From assembly GCA_905178155.1 (NCBI GenBank), contig CAJINV010000005.1, forward strand, positions 2,975,754 to 3,039,753: a stretch of DNA of 64,000 nt, in the 5' to 3' direction. The notes under the pieces are model-generated. The model was not told the origin of the DNA, did not search any database, and was given only the letters and a program-made list of their open reading frames with translations. The translations under genes were made by a program, and so were the position numbers. Shown one piece after another: positions 13,432-25,616 of this stretch (positions are counted from its first letter, which is position 1; each line of letters starts with the position of its first letter). This stretch comes from Amoebophrya sp. A120 (lineage: Eukaryota > Protista > Dinoflagellata).

Positions 13432-15259
13432 CTGCCATGCAAGGGGCCAACTACTGGGTGAACCAGTAGTGTGATTGCCGGTGAGGTAGGTAGTTTCTGC
13501 ATTTTCTGGAAGGAAGGCAATGCACCACCCCCACCGCCCCTATTGCTTTGCACGGATCCAATCACATGAATGAAATCCATCAAACTGGACACCTCAATGC
13601 ATCTGGTTGCCATATCTGGGGCAGTTTTTACCATCCTCCCAAGATCAATAATTTTCACAAAAAGTTTCACCGTGGTAATATACTGTTTTTTCACGGGTTG
13701 CGTTATGTCTTAAGGGCATGCATTTCATTAATTTCCAGCTTTTGTCCATGCACATGACCAAAATGAAGACACATAAGTAAAATTGAGGATTTGTTAAAAA
13801 TAAGGTAAAAATTAAAAAAATTCGTGAGTGGAAAAAAAATCAATAAATCAAGTAAAAGCTGTCAACTATCAAGACTACCCCAGGTATTATGCGTTTTTTA
13901 TTCATATACCAAGGTAGTTTCTTGTAAATTAATGGCTTTTTCTGATAATATAAAAAATCTGAAAAATTTTTTAAAAGTCAAAAAATGGAAATCAGGCAAG
14001 ACTGAATATTAAAAAACAACGAAAAACGCCCTGAATGAAGTGAATTTGCAAGTTTCCGGCCTTTTGAAGGTATTTTATACCGTGAACATTCTTCCAATTC
14101 GTGATATTTCCAGAAATTCCATTACGGGAAAAATTTTAAAAAAGTGCACAGATAAGATATCTCACGCCAAATATAATATTGATAGTTAGTCGCTTAAGTG
14201 TTTATCATTATATGAGGATGTTGGTTAATTCAGGAAAGCCAACTTAATATATTACAACAATTTCAAACTAACTTGAAAAATTTGAAAATTTTTGAACAAA
14301 TCCACATGAAGCAAGTACCTTTCAAACTCTGGCCGATGAAACTTATAAAAGGTATGACTCTGCGCGTTTCAACGCACATTCCACCTGCGAAATTAGAAAT
14401 GGTCAGCCCTTTTGCATTGTGCGCAATTTGGCAAAATCTAGAAAAATACTTACCCCCCCACCCCCCTGCTTCTTTTCTAGTATTCTCTTCCAGGATGGGA
14501 AATGGCCTCCGTCGACCCAAAAGGGGCGCGCACCCAAAAGAGGGGGGGGCTTTCCTAATCCTATCCTGGACTGGATCGGCATGCCAGGCCCGCATGGTGC
14601 GCACACGCCTACTGCGCGCATTCTCGCCCGTCGTCACTCTTGCAAGGACGGCCCTGGGCCGCCTCCGCCGATGAAGTGAGGGCGCAAAACCAGGCACGCC
14701 GCGCCCTATCATCGCGCTGCACCGAAGCCCGCCGCCGGTTCTTCCCGCGCGAGCCGGCGCTGGTTACGCAGTGGCCCGATGGCACGAAGGGGCCGCGGCG
14801 ATGCCGCCAAGTTCGCCAAGCGACCGCGGGCGGACCTTCGCAAGGGGGGCGGGTAGCCGTGTCGACAGGTTAACCGCGCGGGCGGCGCCCGAAGCTGCGC
14901 GCGGATTCCGCGCCGGATCGCCTTGGACAAGTTCGATCGAGGCGGGCCCAGACACCGGGCCTGTGGGCTTGGCAAAAGGCCTACCAAGTTTGCCGCTGCC
15001 CATTTCCAAATGCGCGGCCGCGTCGCCGTATTTTCACAACGCGGCGCGGGGCGCTCCTGCTTGCGCTGCGGACTATGCCGCAACCAGAGGGCCTCCGGCG
15101 ATTTCGGTGGCGCGCCGATGTACTTCCGCCCCTCTATCGCGAAAAAAAGCGGACGCTCGAGGGCTTTCGACGCGCGGCATTTGCTGAGCGATTTTGGAAA
15201 AGCACTTATTAGGGCGGGGGCGGTCATACTCCGGCGCCCCGAAACGTGGTTTCTCCATA

Positions 15260-17266
15260 ATGGCCTCGCTCCGCCCAGCGGGGGCGACCTCGGAGCAGGA
15301 AAACCGCGCCGCCGACCTCGATCGAAGCCGGACGGCGGTGAGAGAGAAACTGCTGAAGGACTTGCTCAGCTCGGACGAGGACAAAGCCGGCCCTTCCCCG
15401 GCGGCCGCGCATAAGAACGCGGAGGCTTCCGAGCAGCTGGACTCCCGTTCCGCAGCCGGGCCGCACCGCGAGCACGACTGCGACCCCGGCAACCCTTGTC
15501 CCCCAGCTTCGAGCAGTGCGTGCCCCTCGGGAAAAACACCTACGTCGCGGCTCCCGAACGAAGGCGAACTATCTTCGTCCTCACGATCAGAGAAGTCGCA
15601 ACCCGCCGGGGTTCCTCCCCCGGCCGCAATCGCCGACCGGCTCGAAGCCGCGCTCTTTGAGCAGAATCCCGGCAGCGCCTACCTCCCCCGTGTATCAAGG
15701 TGAAACGTGCCCGGCCCCCGGAAGTCGGGCATTTTTCTGAAATACAAAGTTTTTCAATGGATCTTTTCTTGCGGGAGACGACCATCAGTCTGCCCGATGT
15801 AGATTCTAGGCGAGCAGAGTATCTTCTGCATGATAAGCCCGGCTGTTGCCGGATTTTTATATTTTTTGCATAGACAGACTCTTGCTCTGCTGTATCGAAA
15901 ACTTGTGTAGATGCTGCATGCAACATAACAAGTGTCCCCATTGGAAAGCTTTGCGATGTTGTTTCGCGTTCGGGGGTAGAGGCGTTTCTCAATGCCATAG
16001 CGTGCGCGCGAAGTCCTCGCGGGATTGCGCCAGCCGCACCTGCAGCACGTCCGGAAGCAGCTGTTGTCAGGCGCGGTCGATCCAGCCGTGGTGGCCGGTT
16101 GGGACGCGAAGAAATTTTGGAATCCGCAAAAGCGGCGCGCGGGGGCGGGGAAAGTGAACGGCAGCGAAGCAACGAGCGGTAGCGAGTCTTCTCCGGATCT
16201 TGTTCGGGAAGCGAATCGAAGTCGCGAAGAGAATCGAAGTGGAAACCCTAGAGTCGATTCATCCGCAGAGGACCGCAGCGGGGGGACGAGCGGCAGGCAG
16301 CAAGAGGACCACGCCAATCCGAAAGGGAGTGCGGTCGACGGGGAAAGCGACAAGAAAGCGCAGCAGAAGCAAGAAAGCCGGGCGCAGAAGAAGCGGAAGC
16401 ACATTCAGGATAGCTTTCCGCACTTCGACCCCAACTTGGCCTGTGAACAGTGCGAAACTATCGGATATCAACCGCATGCGAAAACTTTACTTCTTTATTA
16501 GGTGGCCTGCAGAGAACTACATGACGCGCTGCTCGTTTCAAAAATCACTTTGCAAGCGAGCATTTTTATGCTATGGGGGCAACATCCATGTATTGATTCG
16601 TTATTCGTCGTATGGTCTTTCAGATTCACGAAGTGGTTTTTTATTTTTTGTGCATACCGACGTCCGCTACGCGATTCTACGAGACACGTGGATGTGGCCG
16701 CGGTGTGGCGGTTATCAAATGCAAAAGTGTCTGGGTCTGGAAGGTTGCAAGGTTTGTCATGCTAGTCTGGCATGACTCTGCACTCTGTATTGCGTGGCCA
16801 CCAAGAGGCCCGCTTGCCTGTCATGCAAGAGCGCAGTTTCTCATGCGAAATACGCAGCACAAGAGCACGAAAAAACTTGTCATGCTTGGCGGTGCATTAC
16901 AGGGCACTTACTTTTCACGGACTTGCATCATAAGTTTCCAGACCCAGACAGATTTGCATTTGATAGCGGCAGAGGCGGAATGATGTCTGCAGACACTGGG
17001 AGGACACTTATCATTCGGGAAATACTAGATTGATATCCTGTTTGTGAAGATGCAGAGGTATGAGAACGCGGAGAGCCTCGGGCGAGTTGACTGTGCCCAT
17101 ATCGCATGGCTTATGCTCAGGTTTAGTTTGCATTCGTTTTTGCATCACAAACATGATTAAATCTTGTATGTTTTGCCGAATAACGTTAATGCTGTATTGC
17201 GAAGCTTGTCAGCACGAGGGCGTGCATCACAGTTTTGCGTAAATGATAACACTTTATGCTGTTTAA
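15260..17266 (+). CDS. TFIIS central-domain protein with a partial Zn-ribbon-like C-terminus (3' part uncertain)
   Basis: After element removal: IADRLEAALFEQNPGSAYLPRAREVLAGLRQPHLQHVRKQLLSGAVDP (TFIIS_M pattern), then ACEQCETIGVRY...MMSADT. Confidence 0.65.
15693..15999. mobile_element. TIR introner, family E-like (diverged)
   Basis: TATCAAGGTGAAACG...CGTTTCTCAATGCCATA; DR CCGTG/GCGTG. Removal restores YLPRAREVL. Confidence 0.78.
16466..16656. mobile_element. Degenerate TIR introner
   Basis: TATC...GCATA ends, weak inverted repeat, no clear DR. Removing the element plus 5 nt gives CEQCETIGVRYAILR. Confidence 0.5.
16713..16965. mobile_element. TIR introner, family A
   Basis: Family A TIRs; DR GCGGT/GCGGC. 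Confidence 0.9.
17009..17248. mobile_element. TIR introner (singleton)
   Basis: TATCATTCGGGAAATACT...AGTTTTGCGTAAATGATA; perfect DR ACACT. Confidence 0.75.
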
Positions 17267-17413
17267 ATTATAAACAAAGCATTGGCAACGCATTGAGAAA
17301 AAAACCATAGCGCCACCGAGGAAAAACCATTTGACAAAACATGACACAACGTTTCGACATGAAGGGTGCTCTTGCGATAGCGAGCCGGCGCAAAAACAAA
17401 GCGAAAAAGTTAC

Positions 17414-18625
17414 CTAAGCGAGGCAGTACAGAAGCACTACTTAAGCGAAGCACCACTTAAGCGAAGCACTTCTTAGGCGAAGCACTACGTAAGCGAAGCA
17501 CTAGGCAGTGCCTAAGCGAGGCACTACTTAAGCGAGGCAGTGCTGAAGTGAGGCACTACTCAAGCGAGGCAGTGCTGAAGCGAGGCACTACTTAAGCGGG
17601 GCACTACTTAAGCGAGGCACTACTTCAGCGAGCCAGTGCCTAAGCGAGGCACTACTGAGGCGAGCCAGTGCTGAAGCGAGGCACTACCCAAGCGAGGCAC
17701 TACTTAAGCGAGGCACTACTTAAGCGAGGCAGTGCTGAAGCGAGACAGTGCCTAAGCGAGGCACTACTTAAGCGAGGCACTGCTGAAGCGAGGCACTACT
17801 TGGGCGAGGCAGTTCTGAAGCGAGGCAGTGCTGAAGCGAGGCACTACTTAAGCGAGGCAGTGCCTAAGGGAGGCACTACTAACTTAAGCGAGGCAGTGCC
17901 GAAGCGAGGCACTACTTAGGCGAGGCAGTGCTGAAGCGAGGCACTACTTAAGCGAGGCAGTGCTGAAGCGAGGCACTACTTAAGCGAGGCAGTGCTGAAG
18001 CGAGGCACTACTTAAGCGAGGCACTACTTAAGCGAGGCACTACTTAAGCGAGGCACTACTTAAGCGGGGCACTACTTAAGCGAGGCACTACTTAAGCGAG
18101 GTAGTGCCTAAGCAAGGCACTACTTAAGCGAGGCAGTGCTGAAGCGAGGCACTACCCAAGCGAGGCACTACTTAAGCGAGGCACTACTTAAGCGAGGTAG
18201 TGCCTAAGCGAGGCACTACTTAAGCGAGGCACTACTGAAGCGCGGCAGTGCTGAAGCGAGGCACTACTTAAGCGAGGCAGTGCTGAAGCGCGGCACTAAT
18301 TAAGCGAGGCAGTGCCTAAGCGAGGCACTACTTAAGCGAGGCAGTGCTGAAGCGCGGCACTAATTAAGCGAGGCAGTGCCTAAGCGAGGCACTACTTAAG
18401 CGAGGCAGTGCTGAAGCGAGGCACTACTCAAGCGAGGCACTACTTAAGTGAGGCAGTACTTAAGCGGGGCACTACGTAAGCGAGGCACTACTTCTTAAGC
18501 GAGGCAGTTCCTAAGCGAGGCAGTGTTGAAGAAGGTGGAGCACTGTGGGCGAGGCACTACCTAGGCGAAGCACTATGTAAGCGAGGCACTTTACTACGCA
18601 AAAACGCGGCACTGCCTAAGCGAAG
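17414..18625. repeat. 16-bp minisatellite, ~75 units, core AGCGAGGCA with alternative variable segments
   Basis: Interleaved units GCGAGGCACTACTTAA, GCGAGGCAGTGCTGAA and GCGAGGCAGTGCCTAA; edges degenerate. Confidence 0.95.
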
Positions 18626-19516
18626 TGCTTCGGTTTTTGCACGAAGTATTAAGTAGTTCAAGTTCCTCCGGCCTCTCGGTCTCTTCGATTTATTAGCCTA
18701 GGACTAAACAAAACTGTGCAAACCACCTCAGCCCGCAGCTTTATAATTTTTGTATGGATCATTACGTCCTCGGTTCATAGCGGCTGCTGATTTCGGTATA
18801 ATACCGGAAGAAAACAACTCTCATGCGGCCGAAGTTTTGCCATGCGATGTAGTTTACTGGTCGGTGTATTTCCCTGCACAATCTGGAACTCGAAGGCTCG
18901 ATGAAAAAAGTTCTGAATGCACGTGAGCCAGATCGGAGATTCGGTTGTTGCACGATCGAATGTCAGTTTCTCGGATGCCATCACTGCTGAGTCCATGACC
19001 TTAAGCGTTCTACTTTTACTAATGCCACCCTCTGCACACAGCCTCGCGCAGGTTTGATGATGATCATAATCTATTTGTTGATCTGCAGACTGAGCTGAAA
19101 AGCCACTTGTGATGGAGGTGCGCCACAACAAAATTTGACCACCACCCAAAGAAGTTACCTTTTACCGCACGCGACGAGAGTTGTTTGTTCACGTATAGAA
19201 GTTGTACGAGGATGTAGTAATTGCAGCTCAACAAATTATTCCGATAACGTATTCCTGATACGATATAACTTCAGAATATGCACTTTGTGTCTAAAAATAC
19301 ACTGACCTGGTAGAAAGAAGTACATCCAGCGCTTGTTGCACCAGCCCGCCACAGCGTTGCCCTCGTCTGAGATGCGGCGCCTTGAGCGGGACGTCGTTGC
19401 GGGCTCCTGTAAATAGATAAGCAGTCATTTCATTATTAATCACATCTAAACTGCCTTTATTTGCCAGAAGATGGAAGGCCGGGAGCCTGTTAGAAAAAAT
19501 CTTTTTACTTCGCACC

Positions 19517-22500
19517 ATGATTGATTCTTCCCCGCGCAACATGAGCTACGATGCAGATGATGACGATGTCGTTTACAACGACGACAAGGATCTCGAGGCG
19601 GCTTTTACGGTGGCGGAACAAGAAGACGGCTCTGATATAACCTCGTCCAGCCGGCATCTGAAGTCCCTCGTGGAGGAGGACATTTTTTCCCAGACGCAGG
19701 TAACCGCCGCCCGGCGCAAGAAGCTCGCCCTGGAGTGGAGCCACCTCTCGTTCAATGTCAAGGGCCGGCGCATTCTGCACGACTGCTACGGGAAGGTCTA
19801 CCCCGGCCAGGTGACCGCCCTGATCGGCCCCTCCGGGGCGGGCAAGAGCACGCTGATGAACCTGCTAGCGGCCCGGCAGGGCTGGGGACCACGGTTTCGG
19901 AGCGAGAGTCAAGAAGCGAAGAGCAAAATTTTTGCAGGATCATCCGGAATAAAGCAAGCCGACCAGGAACAAACAAAAGTACTATCCACTTTCGCGGAGC
20001 CGGAAAAAGAAAAGCGGCTGAAGCAGCAGCTTCTCGTTCATCCGGGCGATGATGAAATGAATGGCGCTGAAGTAGAAGAGGAGTCCGAGTCACAGGACCC
20101 GGATCCTGAGGGCGACGAGGACGAAAACGAAGATGATAAAGATTTTGATATCAAGATGGATCTGGGAACTACCAAGAAACGACAAGCAACGACCACCAGC
20201 AGAACCAGTAGCTCTAGAAGTACTCGTTCCACGAAGATCACCACCGGCATTCTTCCCGGGGCGCAGATCCTGTACGGGCGCAAGCCGGTGAGCTTTGAGG
20301 AGCTAAAGTCCTCGGTGGGGTACGTGATGCAGCAGGAGGCGCTGATGGAGATTATCATGCAGAAACAAGCAGGCAAGGCATATTTGTGACCCAGAAAGGA
20401 GTTAACAGGCAAAATGAGCCCATAGCAGGATCCTGTTTAGGATGCGCAGTGCAGATTTTTCTGTGTATTAATTTTTGCATGACAACCATGCCCTGTGCCT
20501 ACTTTTTTCTGTGCGATAGAGACGGAGACCGTCGAAGAACAAATCCGGTTCGCGGCGGCGTTGCGGACCCCCCTGCTGAACGTGCCGCCGAATGCGGTAT
20601 CAAATGCAAAAGTGTCTGGCTCTGGAAACTTGTGATGCTGGGTGGCGTATCATGAGGAGGCCACAAGTTCTGGCTCAGCATGACAAGTTGCTGAGCTTCT
20701 AGGTGTTGCCTATTCTGCATGACAAACTGCGTTTCTGCATGACAGAAAAATGGCGCTCTTGGGTAACGTGCGTGACAGATTTGAGAGTCATGCCAGACAA
20801 GCATGGCAAACATGCACGCTTCCAGACCCAGACATTTTTACATTTGATATGCGGTGAAGCGGAGCAACTGCAAAAAAACCCGGTACTCCGAGGAAAACGC
20901 GGAAAACGTGCTCGAAACCCTGGGGCTGCAGAGCGCGCGCGCCACGAGGACCGGTGCGCTCTCCGGGGGGCAGAAGAAGCGGGTCTCCGTGGGCGTGGAG
21001 TTGGTCACGAGACCGGCGATTGTCTTTCTAGACGAACCCTCCACGGGCTTGGACAGCTACAGCACGCTCCGGCTCTTCTCTATCAAATGCAAATATGTCT
21101 GGATCTGGCAAGGGTGAACCTGTATTGCGTGTTTCGCATTCCTAAAAAATCTGTATGGCATAAGCAGCAGATAAAGCACCACACTTTCGTCATGCAAAAA
21201 TGCACACTCAGTCATGGCCACTAAGCACTACAAGTTTCAAGACCCAGACATATTTGCATTTGATATTCTCCCACCTGCGCCAGTACGCGGTGGAGCAGAA
21301 CGCGATCGTATCGTGAGAAAAAAATGTTACAGTTACACGTTTGTTGGAGTTTCTGCAACACAAATTTTCTCTGTGTGGCAGAGAGAACTTGGAATGCGAA
21401 GATCATAAAGGGAAAACAGGAAGGAAACGAGGCTCCCAAGCATTTCCTGCATGAGAAAGGTTGTCTGTGTTGCCGCTCTTGCAACACAATGTGTAACTGT
21501 AACACTTTTTTCTTGCGATAGATCGTGGTGTGCACGGTGCACCAACCGAGCTCGGAGGTTTTTGACTACTTCGACCGTGTGATCTGCATGCGACAGGGGG
21601 CGGTGCTGTTCCAGGGGTGGAACGGAAAGGCGGCAAGGGCGTATTTGCGCGAAAACGGGCTGTCCGCGACGTCGATGATGCAGCAGGAAGAACAGGGAGG
21701 GAACGACAAGAGCGCTGCTCGAATGAACAGTAGTATGAGTCCGCCGGAAGACGTTTTATCCTGAGTAAAAACTACTACGTGGCCACTTCTTCCGCAGAGG
21801 TGGGACGCAGGTGATTTTGAACACTGCTAATGCGCATCCGAATGTTGAGAGGCATCTTTAGTCGTGTAGATCTGGCGTTACAGATGTAATGCTCTAGGTA
21901 AACAGGGTAGTATACGAGTTTTTGGGCTTTGATGTGAAGATCATGCCGCCTAATTTTTTTACCTGCACTACTACACAGCATGCGTAAAGAAACTTGTCAA
22001 CATGCAAAGGCCCCAAAAGTTCTGGACTTGTCTTGCAGACACCACTGCCCGTTTTGACGATAGAGTCCTTGTGGGCGGGACGTTTTTACTCAGGAAAAAC
22101 CAAACCGCGATCGCTATCCCTCCATTCGGCGGCCTTTGGACTCGGAGTCACCAGCAACACAAATTCTGTGCAAATAACAACAACTACCCGGCTAACGCAG
22201 CAAAAAACTTTCCTGGACGAGATGCACGGGGCTGAGAAATCCAAGCTCGTCGTCTGGAACACAATCAAAGGGTTCCTCGACCCGATGGAATTCAACGGGG
22301 TCCGAGGGATTCCCGAGGGGGTGAACATCGCTTCCTGGCTCCTCCTCCTGGCGCAAATGGTCGACGAGGAGACCGCGATGCGTTATCGTGTTTAAAAAAT
22401 TCGTCCCCATCCCATAGTTGTAATGCAAATCTGCATGCTGATAATGTTTCTCATGCGGAGCCCCATGAGAAGCATTGTCTAGTCGCGTTTTGGATTTTGT

Positions 22501-24598
22501 CATGCTCCAATCAGCATGATAGTGCTAGATCTGTGATGCTGCTGAACTACCTCTGAAACAGTACTACACTCCGAGTTCAGATTTGTCATGCAAAACAGTC
22601 AAAACTTGTGGACTTGTCCAGCCGATTTTTCCCCATCTTGACTCTGGGGCGGTGGGGACGTTTTTCCATAGGATATGCGTTTGGCGTTGCTCACGTCCCG
22701 TGTCTACGAGCGCACCGAGCACCCGGTGCTACCGGTTGACCCAGAAACGGGTCGAAGTAAACACCTTCTCCCGATGCTGATGCGCAACAGCTTGTTCGGG
22801 GGGGAGCTGGACCTGTTCAGTGATGGGAACAATTCAACCACATCCGGCTCGACCCCCTCGTCGAACAAAAGCGGATCGGGGTTCGAACCGAGACCCAATC
22901 TCTTACTGGAGCAGACGGCCGAGATCAAGTGCAACCTCGACGTGGGGCTCGTGCCCAACCTGCTGCGCCAGAAGCATTTGAGCGAACAGTACCTGCGGAA
23001 CTTAAGTGGCTATTTGGCGGCCGACGACATGGGCAAGCAGGAGGTGTATGACCAACCGCCACCGGCCGCGGGCGCAAACTTGGGAAATTTCTCCTGCCAG
23101 TTCCGCATTCTGGCGTACCGGGAATTGACCCACCTGTGTCGCTCGCGCGGGATGCTGCTGGCGCGACTGCTGATTCCGGCGATTCAAATCTTTTTCTACG
23201 GGATCATCTTTTTCCTGGCCGGCCGGCAGCTGCTGTCCGGGTCCGTGACCGGGTTTCCCGGGCTGGAGTGGCTCGGGGTGGCCCGAGAAGATAACATAAC
23301 CGGGAATAATAAACTCGAGACGGAGCAGCAGTGGAACAAAAAGTTGATGGAAGTGTTCGGCGCCACGGGGCAGCCGTTCTACACGTTGACCACGCAGTCG
23401 GCCGGGCAGTTGATCCTGACCATTCCGCGAGAGCGGGTGCTGTTTCTGCGGGAATACTCGTCCGGGATGTACAGCATCACGACCTACCTGTTGGCGAAGC
23501 TCAGCGTGGAGCTGCTGGTGATTTTCGCCCAGTCGGTGCTTCTGCTTCTCCTGCAGTGGATCCTGGTCGGGTTCGCCGCCGAACTGATTCCCGCGTTTTT
23601 CGGCCTGCTCCTCATGAACTCGCTGGCGTCCGGGTCTTTAGGGATGTTCATTTCCTGCCTGGTTGCCGACTACGGGTATCCTGGGTAAAAACGTACCCAC
23701 ACCAGAGTGTTAATGCAGATTTGCAAAAACAGGAAGACTTGTAATGCGCATCACATGAGAGCCATTTCCAATCGTGTTTTGGAATTTGTGATGCTGTGAA
23801 CAGGATGAGCCGATGAATCTGTGATGCGGCTGCACTGGCTAACCTGCACTACACTGCAAAGTGCAACTTGTCAGGCGTGACTCACAAAACTCCTAGGTTT
23901 GTTGCAAAATCCCCATCCTGGCTCTGGTGTGGGTACGTTTTTCCTCAGGATAACGGGGAGGTTGCTCTCTACATCCAGCCCATTTTTTTCCTCACGCTCA
24001 GCTCCGCGTTGTCCGGCAATTTTCGGCCCATCACGGAGATTCCCTGGGCGCTGCGGTTATGCATTGCAAATATGTCTGGGTCTGGAAGGATGCAACGTTT
24101 GTCATGCACATTTCGCATGACTCCTGGTCCTGACGTCTGTGATGCATGCCCTAGCATCACAGATTTCGCGAGGGCTACTTCATGCCTATACCGCATGAGA
24201 AACGCCCTCTCGGCGTGGCAAAAATTGGACCCGTTTTGCTGTTCATGCAATACAGATTTTTGTAGTATTCACATGCAGCATCACAAGTTACATGCCTCCA
24301 GACATCCAGGTATATTTGCACTGGATAGCAGTGGACGGGGTACATTTTCCCCACGGCGTTCATGACGAAGACGCTGGATTTCTTACTCTATCAAAACGTG
24401 GAAAACCAGCTGTGGCCGGGCGAAGTGAGTGACCAAGCCCGGGACGTGCTGATCGCGGCTCGGGACAAGAGATTCGAAAAAAGGGCGCTGTCCAGCGAGA
24501 TTTTGCTCACGAACTTTTTCGGGCTGGCGGCACTCTTTGTTGGCTACCGGGTGCTGGCGGGGATCGTTCTCCGGGTAAACAGCAGGACGATGTACTGA
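19517..24598 (+). CDS. ABCG (White-family) half transporter 1, interrupted by 8 TIR elements
   Basis: Walker A GPSGAGKST, signature LSGGQKKRVSVG, Walker B FLDEPSTGLDS, H-loop CTVHQP, and a TMD with RERVLFLREYSSGMY. Confidence 0.93.
20353..20518. mobile_element. TIR introner, family D
   Basis: TATCATGCAGAAACAAGCAGGCA...TGCCTACTTTTTTCTGTGCGATA; DR GAGAT/GAGAC. Removal restores QQEALME(T/M)ETVEEQIRFAAALR. Confidence 0.85.
20598..20849. mobile_element. TIR introner, family A
   Basis: Family A TIRs; DR TGCGG/TGCGG. Closely similar to 27054-27306 and to the reverse complement of 11256-11507. Confidence 0.93.
21081..21265. mobile_element. TIR introner, family A (short)
   Basis: DR TTCTC/TTCTC. 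Removal restores LRLFSHLRQYA; no GT donor is possible at any slide position. Confidence 0.92.
21309..21520. mobile_element. TIR introner, family B
   Basis: TATCGTGAGAAAAAAATGTTACAGTTACAC...GTGTAACTGTAACACTTTTTTCTTGCGATA; DR GATCG. Removal restores NAIVVCTVHQP. Confidence 0.93.
21757..22097. mobile_element. TIR introner, family C, degenerate right end, no DR
   Basis: TATCCTGAGTAAAAAC...CGTTTTTACTCAGGAAA. Confidence 0.7.
22384..22675. mobile_element. TIR introner, family C
   Basis: DR TGCGT/TGCGT. Removal restores ETAMRLALL; the body is similar to 30541-30819. Confidence 0.9.
23677..23952. mobile_element. TIR introner, family C
   Basis: TATCCTGGGTAAAAACGTACCCACACCAGAG...CTCTGGTGTGGGTACGTTTTTCCTCAGGATA; DR ACGGG. 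Removal restores VADYGEVALYIQP. Confidence 0.93.
24058..24327. mobile_element. TIR introner, family A (diverged)
   Basis: DR GCGGT/GCAGT. Removal restores IPWALRWTGYIFP. Confidence 0.88.
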
Positions 24599-25616
24599 AC
24601 CATCGGAAAGATGAGCAGGACCGCACTAGAATCGAATGGAAGTAGAGGAAACGATCGTGTCCGAGCCTGGCGTGCTCCGCTTTCTCCTGTGTGTAGTGTT
24701 TCGTAGTACATGCAAAATATTGTCATTGAAAAGAGTATGAGTAAGTGCTAGTAGCGTATATTACAACATCAGAAGTACTTCGAGTTGTAGAGTGAATATC
24801 TTACCGATGAACTGCGAAACGCAACAAAAATGAGTACCTGCGAAACGCAAAAACACTGAAAATTAGTGACCGCAGCTGTTGCTGCGCGCACAGAAGGAGA
24901 GTCGACCAGAAGTACGCAATGAATGGACGAACAAGCGAGGATAATATGTAGATTTTGCATTCTTCGATTCACGTCGTGCACACGACGGCAGTTTCCCGTG
25001 AGGCGCCACAACCTTTTCTCTTCTTACGGGCGGACCGCAGATGAAGTTCCGGTGGCGAGGATTTGTTGCGCCGATCTTCACCACAGGATCGACTCCAACA
25101 CTTTCAGATGCGGAAATGTACTTTAAGTACCACAATGATCAATGTGCCGAAGAGGATCTGATAAGGAGGATCTGTCTACCTGCAACGCTCGTGGTTTGCC
25201 ATGCCATCATCGGACCTTGCTCAGCGGGAAGAAAAACGCGCATGCGAAAAAGAGTCTCGGTTCTGATCTCGCACCTTTGAGACCTGCTCAGCAAAGGCGG
25301 AATTTCGGTGTCCACAAGATGTTGGTCTGTTGAGAAGAGGATCGAAGACAAGTGGGTCATCTGTGATTTCTGAAGGTTCTGAATCGATTACTTACTTTTT
25401 AAACTAACATCTAGTACAGAGCAAAAATCCGTATACCAGCTTTGATGCGCTCGCATTTCAACAGGTCAAGTTTGTTATTTTCTAGCGTTTTTTTATTTTT
25501 CTCTTTGTCTTCCACGGCGCAAACGCGACACTTTCTATTGATCGATGAACTGGTTCGATATTCAGGATATTACAGTCGCATAGACCGCGTCGGCCCCACC
25601 GCCGACGCACATCACT

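Noticed and set aside
17414-18625. CRISPR-like array, and ORF 17668-17919
   Set aside because: There are no unique spacers and no cas genes, and the context is eukaryotic. The ORF is a by-product of the repeat.
23677-23952. Internal GTAAAA and CTCAG sites within family C TIRs as ordinary splice sites
   Set aside because: Using them leaves 17 extra nt and shifts the frame, whereas TIR/DR-bounded removal restores the protein.
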